A DNA stretch of 64,000 nt, from positions 50,584 through 114,583 of the forward strand of contig CAVUHM010000013.1 of the NCBI GenBank assembly GCA_963741255.1. The letters are read 5' to 3'. The position numbers were made by a program, and so were the translations under genes. Positions 55,075-64,000 of the stretch are shown in pieces. Position 1 is the stretch's first letter. Each line of letters begins with the position of its first letter. The DNA comes from an uncultured Gammaproteobacteria bacterium (GTDB lineage: Bacteria; Pseudomonadota; Gammaproteobacteria; Steroidobacterales; Rariloculaceae). The notes beneath the pieces were generated by a model that had not been told where the DNA came from, did not search any database, and worked only from the letters and a program-made list of their open reading frames with translations.

Positions 55075-56843
55075 GTGACAAGAAAGTCTCGGCGGGTTCG
55101 TGGGGCCGCGATCGTGGCGCTCGGCGCAGCGCTCGGCGCGTGCGGGGGAGAGGACGAAACGGCGGACGCCGCCAACGGTAACCGTGCGCCGACGATCGCC
55201 GGAGCGCCGTCGACGACGGCGAATCAAGGAGCCGCGTACTCGTTCACGCCGACGGCGGCGGACGCCGACGGCGACGCGCTGATCTTCGGCGTCGAAGCCA
55301 AGCCGGCGTGGCTGGCGTTCGACACCGCGACGGGCCGGCTCTCCGGCACGCCCGGCGCGGCGAATGTCGGTGTGCATCGCGGCGTCGTCGTCTTCGTGTC
55401 TGACGGTGCGGCGCAAACGCTGTTGCCGGCCTTCGACGTCACTGTCGCGGCATCGGGCCCGGCGAATCGTGCGCCGACGATCGCGGGCACGCCGCCTACC
55501 TCGGTCATGATGAACAGCGCGTACGCTTTCACGCCGACCGCGAGTGATCCGGATGGCAACGCGCTGACGTTCGCTATCGCGAATCGCCCGGCTTGGGCCA
55601 CGTTCGACGCACAGACGGGCCGCCTGTCGGGCACGCCCGCGGCGATCGGCACGTTCGCGAACGTCTCGATCTCCGTCAGCGATGGCACCATGACGACCGC
55701 GCTGCCCATGTTCACGGTCGCGGTGACGGCGCCTCCGGGGCCCGGCAATCGCGCGCCGCAGATCTCGGGCACGCCGCCGACCGCGGCAACGCAGGGCATG
55801 GCGTATGTTTTTCAGCCCACGGCGACTGACGCCGACGGCAACGCGTTGACGTTCACGATCGCGAATCGGCCGGCGTGGGCGACGTTCAACGCGAACACGG
55901 GCGCGCTCCAAGGCACGCCGAGTGCGGCGCACGTGGGCACGTTCAACAACATCTCGATCAGAGTCAGCGACGGCACGGCGACCGCGACGCTGCCGGCGTT
56001 CTCGATCGCGGTTGGGGCCGCCAACGCGCCGCCCACGATTTCCGGCGCGCCACCGACGAGCGCGACGGTCGACACGCAGTACACGTTCACGCCGACCGCG
56101 GCCGATCCGAACGGCAACCCTCTGACGTTCAGCATCTCGAACCGGCCGTCGTGGGCGACGTTCTCGACGAGCACGGGGCGCTTGCAGGGAACGCCCACGA
56201 GCGCGAACGTCGGCAACTTCGGCAACATCATGATCTCCGTCAGCGATGGTCAGCTCACGGCGCAGCTGCCGGCCTTCTCGATCGCGGTCAGTCAGCCGCC
56301 GAATCGCGCACCGACGATCAGCGGAGCTCCGCCGACGGCGATCGTGCCCGGCACGCAGTACACGTTCACACCGACCGCGAGCGACCCCGACGGCAACGCG
56401 CTTTCGTTCAGCATCGCGAACCGCCCGGCGTGGGCTTCGTTCGATTCGGCGACCGGGCGGCTGCAGGGCACTCCGGTTTCTGGCGACGTGGGCACGACGA
56501 CCGGCGTCGTAATCACCGTCAGCGACGGCACGCTCACGGCCGTCGCTGCCCGCGTTCAGCGTGACCGTTCAAGCCGTGGCGAACGGCTCCGCGACGCTGA
56601 GCTGGACGCCGCCGACGATGAACACGGACGGCTCACCGCTCACGAACCTGTCCGGCTACAAGATCTACTGGGGCACCGCGCTCGGTACGTACCCCAACTC
56701 GGTCACCCTGAGCAACGCGGGGCTCACGAGCTACGTCGTCGACAACCTCGTGCCCGGCACGTGGTACTTCGTCGCGACGGCCCTGAATAGCGGTGGCGTC
56801 GAGAGCACGTTCTCCTCAGCCGGCGAGCAAGACGATCCAGTGA
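55075..56843 (+). CDS. Lipoprotein with five putative Ig (He_PIG/cadherin-like) repeats and a C-terminal FN3 domain (indels about 56545, 56820)
   Basis: Lipobox LGA-C; repeated NRAPTISG..Y.FTPTA.D.DGN.LTF.I.NRP.WA.F...TG.L.GTP..ISVSDG; FN3-like LSWTPP...GYKIYWG...GTWYFVATA. Confidence 0.85.
55180..56570 (+). repeat. Five intragenic repeats of about 280 bp encoding the Ig-like domains
   Basis: Repeat starts near 55180, 55465, 55747, 56023, 56302; diverged at DNA level. Confidence 0.85.
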
Positions 56844-56870
56844 GCTTCGGGCTGCGGGCTATAATGCCGC

Positions 56871-59013
56871 GTGCGTCATGCCGCCCTACTGCCACTGCTC
56901 TTGAGCTCGCTCGCGATGGCCGCGCCTCCGGCAACGGAACGACGCCCGTTCGTCCACGTCCAGCACGGTCAACGTGTCGACGATCCTTACCATTGGCTCG
57001 AGGGCAGCGCGGCGCCGGAGCTGACCACGCCCGACCTTGAGCTCGACGCCGCGGTCGCGCGCTGGACCGACGACCAGAACGCGTACTCGCGAGGCGTGCT
57101 CGACGCATTGCCCGGGCGGGCCGCCGTCAGCGCCGAGCTCGAGCAGCTACTGTCGCTCGACGCGTACGGTATTCCGCGCGAGGCCGGGGAGTGGTTGTTC
57201 TACTCGCGTCGCCGCGGCTCCGAAGCCCAACCCGTGCTCTACGTGCAGCGCGGCGTCGATGCCGAGCCGCGCGAGCTACTGAACGTGAACCGCCTGGACG
57301 CGAGCGGCCAGCTCGCGCTCGCGTGGTATCAGCCGAGCCGCGATGGGACCCACGTCGCGTTCGGCACCTACCGCGCCGGCGACGAGAACACGCGCGCTCG
57401 CGTGCTCGAGACGGCGACCGGGCGTTGGCTCGACGACGAGATCACGGGCCGCGTGGATCCCGTGGACTGGCTTGCCGACGGGCAACACTTCGTCGTCCGC
57501 AGCCTTTCGGACGCAGGCAATCCTTATTCGGGCCAAATCACGCTGCATCGACTCGGCCGCCCGGCCGGCGAAGATCCCGTGTTGTTCGCGCAGTATAAGG
57601 AGGGCCCGCTCGCGACCACCTGGGGCCCATCGCCTATCGTCGACGAGCACGGCCGCTGGCTCGTCATCTCCTATTACACGGGCACGGATTCGAACGACCT
57701 GTGGTTCTACGACCTCGAGCGATGGCGCGCCACCGGAGAGCTCGTGCGCCGCGACCTCATCGTCGGCCAGGACGCGCTGACGCTCGGCTTCATCGAAGGC
57801 GATACGTTGTACGCGCTCACGACGCTCGGCGCATCGAACAAGCGCGTCGTGGCATTCGATTTGGCATCGCGAACAGCCGCAGAACCATCGCGAGCTGATC
57901 GCCGCCCGTCCCGACACCGTGATCGTCGGCATCGCTCCGGCCGCAGACCGGATTGTCGTCGACACGCTGGCCGACGCGCAGAGTCGGATCGAGATTTTCG
58001 ATCGCGCTGGGCGGCCGCAGGGCCAGGTCGAGTTGCCGGGAATCGGCAGTGCCGGCATCGTCACGAGCTCGCGGCAAACGATCGCGTGGCTGCAATTCGA
58101 GAACTTCGCCGAGCCCGCGTCGTTGCATCGTGTCGACCTCACGAACGGCAGCGCCACGCTCTGGAAACGGACCGAGCTCGGTACCTTGGGCGAAGAGCCA
58201 GCGCTCGTCGTCGAGCAGGTCAGCTACCACTCTGCCGACGGAACAGACGTGCCGATGTTCCTCGTGCATCGCAGTGACCTACGCCGCGACGGCACGAATC
58301 CGACCGTGCTTTACGGGTACGGTGGCTTCGACATCTCGCTGACGCCGGCATTTCTCGCGGCTTGGCGCCCGTGGCTCGTGCGCGGCGGCGTTTACGCCGT
58401 CGCGAACTTGCGTGGAGGCGGTGAGCGAGGCGCCGACTGGCATCGCGCCGGCATGCTCGAGAACAAGCAGAACGTGTTCGACGATTTCTACGCTGCTGCC
58501 GAGTGGTTGATCGAGCGCGGCTACACGAGCCATGAACGGCTCGGCATTCGTGGCGGGTCGAACGGCGGTCTGCTGACCGGCGTCGCGATCACACAAAGGC
58601 CCGAGCTCGCGTCTGCGGCCATCGTCGCCGTGCCACTTCTGGACATGCTGCGCTACCAACACTTTTTGATGGCGCGTTACTGGGTGCCCGAGTACGGCAG
58701 CTCCGAGGATCCCGATCAGTACGAGTTCTTGCGAGCGTACTCGCCGTATCAGAACGTCGTGCCGGGGACGCATTACCCTGCCGTGTTGCTGACGGCCGGC
58801 GAGAACGACAGCCGGGTGCACCCGCTGCACGCCCGGAAGATGACGGCCGCCCTGCAGGCCGCGACTGCGAGTGACCAGGACGAAAGGCCGGTGCTGCTGC
58901 GCGTCGACCGCGACGTCGGCCATGGCCCCGGCAAGCCGCTGTCGCTGCGAATTCGCGACGCGGCGGACGAGGTTTTGTTCATGGGCCGCCAGCTGGGCTT
59001 GGAGATTCGCTGA
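56871..59013 (+). CDS. Exported prolyl oligopeptidase, S9A (indel near 57880)
   Basis: DPYHWLE, YGYGGF, NLRGGGE, GGSNGG (catalytic Ser), NDSRVHP, GHG. Confidence 0.92.
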
Positions 59014-59056
59014 GCCGGGCCCGTCTATAATGCTGGGCTCACGGATCGCCGTCGGG

Positions 59057-59141
<85 letters not shown>

Positions 59142-59171
59142 ATTCAGTGCGAAGACGGATCGGAAACAGGA

Positions 59172-60494
59172 ATGAACGCAGTAAATTCAAGAAATTACGA
59201 GGTCTCGCTCGAGACCGCGGCTGGGCTGGAGCGCCGTATGACGGTGCGGGTGCCGACGGCCGAGATCGAACGGGCAATCGCGGCGCGGCTCGCGCAGGTC
59301 GGCAAGACCGCTAAGCTCAAGGGCTTCCGCCCGGGCAAGGTGCCGCAGAAGGTCGTTCGGCAGTACTACGGCCGCAGGTTCGCGAAGAGGTCATGACGGA
59401 CGTGATCCGTACGACTTATTCGCGTGCGATCGCCGAGCAGAACTTGAACCCGGCGGGCGGTCCCCAGCATCGAGCCGCTGGCAGGCGGCGACGGCGCGCG
59501 AGCACTTCGCATATCGCGCTACGTTCGAGGTCTATCCGGAGATCAAGCTCCAGCCGCTCGAGAACCTCGCGATCGAGGTCCCGAACGTGGCGATCGAGGA
59601 CGGCGGACGTCGATGCCATGATCGAGAAGCTCCGCGCTCAACGCGCGACCTGGAAGCCCGTCGAGCGCAAGGCGGCAGAGGGCGACCGCGTCGGCGTCGA
59701 TTTCGCCGGCACCGTCGACGGCGAGCCGTTCGAGGGCGGGCAGGGCAAGAACATCTCCGATCGTGATCGGCTCGGGCCAGGTGCTCGAGGACTTCGACCG
59801 CGCGTTGAACGGGCGTCGCGGCCGGCGAGAGCACGACCGCGACGGTCGTGTTCCCGCAGGACTATCCGGCCAAGAACCTCGCCGGCAAGACGGCTGAGTT
59901 CGCGATCAACGTGCTGCGCGTCGAGGAGCGGCGAGCTGCCGGAGCTCGACGACGAGTTCGCGAGCAGCTTCGGCTTGGCCGGCGGAGCCGGGTCGTTGCG
60001 CGGCGAAGTCCGCAACAACATGGAGCGCGAGCTGAAGGAGCGCCTGCGCGCCGAGACGAAGACGCGCGCGTTCGACGCTCTGATCGCGCGAATCAGCGTG
60101 ACAGTGCCGCGCGCGCTCGTCGACCAGGAGATCGGTAGCCTGCAGGCCGACGCGCTGCGCCAGACGGGCAGCACGGCCATCAGCACAGGCGCCGCCGCGC
60201 GAGCGCTTCGAGGCCCTCGCACAACGCCGCGTGACGGTCGGGTTGCTGGTTCAGGAACTGCTTGCAGGCATCACAAGATCAAGGTCGAGCAGACCACGGG
60301 TCGAGCAGCGCATCAAGGAGCTCGCTGCGCCGTACGAGAAGCCGGAGGAGGCCGCGCAGTTCTATCGCAGCGATCGTGCCATGATGGCTCAGGTCGAGGC
60401 GTCGGTGCTCGAGGATCAGGTCGTCGATTTCTTGCTATCGCGTGCGACCTGCGCAACGAAGGATTTGAGCTTCAAGGAATTCATGGGCGCGTAG
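59172..60494 (+). CDS. tig: Trigger factor (multiple indels)
   Basis: GLERRMTV, KGFRPGKVP, VDFAGTVDGEPFEGG, VFPQDY, LEDQVVDFLL. Confidence 0.92.
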
Positions 60495-60522
60495 ACGCGT
60501 CCGCAGAGTGAGGAGCAGAGCC

Positions 60523-61141
60523 GTGGATACGAGAGCGTTGAATTTGGTGCCGATCGTGGTCGAGCAGACCGCTCGCGGGCGAGCGGTCGTACGACATCTA
60601 CTCGCGACTGCTGAAGGACCGCATCGTGTTCATCGTCGGCCCGATCGACGACTACATGGCGAACGTGGTCGTCGCGCAGCTGCTGTTTCTCGAGTCCGAG
60701 AATCCGGACAAGGAGATCAGCCTCTACATCAACTCGCCGGGCGGCATCGTGACCGCGGGCTTGTCGATCTACGACACGATGCAGTTCATCAAGCCCGACG
60801 TCAGCACGATCTGCCTCGGCCAGGCCGCGAGCATGGGCTCGTTGCTGCTCGCGGGCGGCGCCAAGGGCAAGCGCTACTGCTTGCCGCACTCGCGCATCAT
60901 GATTCACCAGCCGAGCGGCGGCTTCCAAGGTCAGGCCACCGACATCGACATTCACGCGCGCGAGATTTTGTCACTGCGCGAGCGGTTGAACGCAATCATG
61001 GTCAAGCACACGGGTCAAACGATCGAGCGCATCGAGCACGATATGGAACGTGATCGCTTCATGGAGGCTCAGACGGCCGTGGAGTACGGCATCATCGACA
61101 ACGTTCTCGCCAAGCGACCTGCCACGATTCCGAGAGCTTGA
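60523..61141 (+). CDS. clpP: ATP-dependent Clp protease proteolytic subunit (indel near 60580)
   Basis: [37 protein letters not shown]. Confidence 0.96.
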
Positions 61142-61262
61142 TCGCGTTGCGAGAATTGCGTGATCTGCGTCGCAAGAATTGCGAAGCGCCTGCTTTGCAG
61201 AGCGCGATTCGAAGTGCTATAAGCTCCGGAAACAGGGCTGCCGGGCGTGAGGGACCGTGACC

Positions 61263-62555
61263 ATGAGCGATGATTCGCGCAGCAAGGGCGACGACGGGAA
61301 ACTCCTGTATTGCTCGTTCTGCGGCAAGAGTCAGCACGAGGTGCGCAAGCTCATCGCGGGTCCCTCGGTCTTCATCTGCGACGAGTGCGTCGAGCTCTGC
61401 AACGACATCATTCGCGAGGAGCTCGACGAGCGAGCCGAGCGCGGCCGCGACAAGCTGCCGAAGCCGCAGGAGATCAAGGCGGTCCTCGACGAGTACGTGA
61501 TCGGCCAGCAGACCGCGAAGAAGGTCCTCGCCGTGGCGGTGTACAACCACTACAAGCGGCTCGAGACGCGCGCCCGCGACAAGGGCGGCAAGGCTGACAT
61601 CGAGCTCGCGAAGAGCAACATTTTGTTGATCGGCCCCACGGGTTGCGGCAAGACGCTGCTCGCCGAAACTCTCGCGCGTCTGTTGAATGTCCCGTTCACG
61701 ATCGCCGACGCCACGACGCTGACCGAAGCCGGTTACGTCGGCGAGGACGTCGAGAACATCATTCAGAAGCTTCTGCAGAAGTGCGAGTACGACGTCGAGA
61801 AGGCGCAGACCGGTATCGTCTACATCGACGAGATCGACAAGATCTCTCGCAAGTCGGACAACCCGTCGATCACGCGCGACGTGTCGGGTGAGGGCGTGCA
61901 GCAGGCGTTGTTGAAGCTGATCGAAGGCACGATCGCGTCGGTTCCGCCGCAAGGCGGTCGCAAGCATCCGCAGCAGGAGTTCTTGCAGGTCGACACTTCG
62001 AACATCTTGTTCATCTGCGGCGGTGCGTTCTCGGGCCTCGACAAGATCGTGTTGAACCGCTCGAAGAAGAGTGGCATCGGCTTCGTCGCGGAGGTGCGCC
62101 CGCCCGACGGCGGCCAGCACATCAACGACTTGCTCGGTGACGTCGAGCCGGAGGATCTGATCAAGTACGGTTTGATTCCGGAGTTCGTCGGCCGCCTGCC
62201 CGTCGTGGCCACGCTCGAGGAGCTCGACGAGGAAGCGCTGATCGAGATCCTGACCGAGCCGCGCAACGCTTTGACGAAGCAGTACGCGAAGCTGTTCGAC
62301 ATGGAAGGCGTCGAGCTCGAGTTCCGCGAGGACGCGTTGCGCGCGATCGCCAAGAAAGCCATGCAGCGCAAGACCGGCGCGCGCGGCCTGCGAACGATCC
62401 TGGAGAACGTGCTGCTCGACACCATGTACGATCTGCCGTCGATGACGAACGCGACGAAGGTCGTGGTGGACGATGCCGTGGTGACGGGCGAGACCAAGCC
62501 CTACATCATTTACGAAGCGGACGAGCCCGCGGCCGTAGGAGACGAACGTCGCTAA
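61263..62555 (+). CDS. clpX: Clp protease ATP-binding subunit ClpX
   Basis: CSFCGK Zn finger, [23 protein letters not shown] loop. Confidence 0.98.
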   Translation: MSDDSRSKGDDGKLLYCSFCGKSQHEVRKLIAGPSVFICDECVELCNDIIREELDERAERGRDKLPKPQEIKAVLDEYVIGQQTAKKVLAVAVYNHYKRLETRARDKGGKADIELAKSNILLIGPTGCGKTLLAETLARLLNVPFTIADATTLTEAGYVGEDVENIIQKLLQKCEYDVEKAQTGIVYIDEIDKISRKSDNPSITRDVSGEGVQQALLKLIEGTIASVPPQGGRKHPQQEFLQVDTSNILFICGGAFSGLDKIVLNRSKKSGIGFVAEVRPPDGGQHINDLLGDVEPEDLIKYGLIPEFVGRLPVVATLEELDEEALIEILTEPRNALTKQYAKLFDMEGVELEFREDALRAIAKKAMQRKTGARGLRTILENVLLDTMYDLPSMTNATKVVVDDAVVTGETKPYIIYEADEPAAVGDERR

Positions 62556-62669
62556 GCGCAGCGCCTCGCCGCACGGGGCGTTTGCCCATCGTCCCGTCGA
62601 GCGATGCCAGGTCGCTCATCCCACCAGCGTCCCGGTTGAGTCGGGCCCGGATTCGCGAGATCTAAATCC

Positions 62670-64000
<1,331 letters not shown>

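Noticed and set aside
55180-56570. 280-bp repeats as mobile elements or a CRISPR array
   Set aside because: They are in-frame, diverged coding repeats of Ig-like domains.

Overview
High-GC (about two-thirds G+C by eye) gammaproteobacterial chromosome segment, possibly a Steroidobacterales/Woeseiales-like lineage (inferred from gene order). Most of it is housekeeping: ettA; nrdR-ribD-ribE-ribBX-ribH-nusB-thiL-pgpA; xseB; parE-parC; epmB-efp-epmA-psd; prmB-aroC-fimV-truA-accD-folC-dedD-cvpA-purF; lpxH-cyclophilin-folD; five tRNAs; tig-clpP-clpX-lon (partial). Many genes, essential ones included, are split by short indels. These cluster at about 8.9-14.2 kb, 35.7-51.8 kb and 56.5-63.8 kb and most likely come from long-read consensus errors, so coordinates of split genes are approximate. 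No integrase, transposase, prophage or CRISPR array was seen. The most interesting region is an accessory module at 6.5-14 kb: a membrane Ser/Thr kinase with TolB-like and TPR domains, a DUF6152 protein, two duplicated exported receiver-like proteins and a His-rich beta-barrel. Three minus-strand promoters there share helically phased TCCC/GGGA repeats starting 39-40 bp upstream of the -10 hexamer, which suggests an undescribed regulon. Other points of note: two more Hanks kinases (kinase-cNMP, pseudo-receiver-kinase) appended to housekeeping operons; a Zn-ribbon/DUF4145-like protein after ettA; a rubrerythrin operon with a Fur-family-like operator; and a cell-surface block (GT4, OMP, Wzi, Ig-repeat lipoprotein) between tRNA-Lys and tRNA-Leu.
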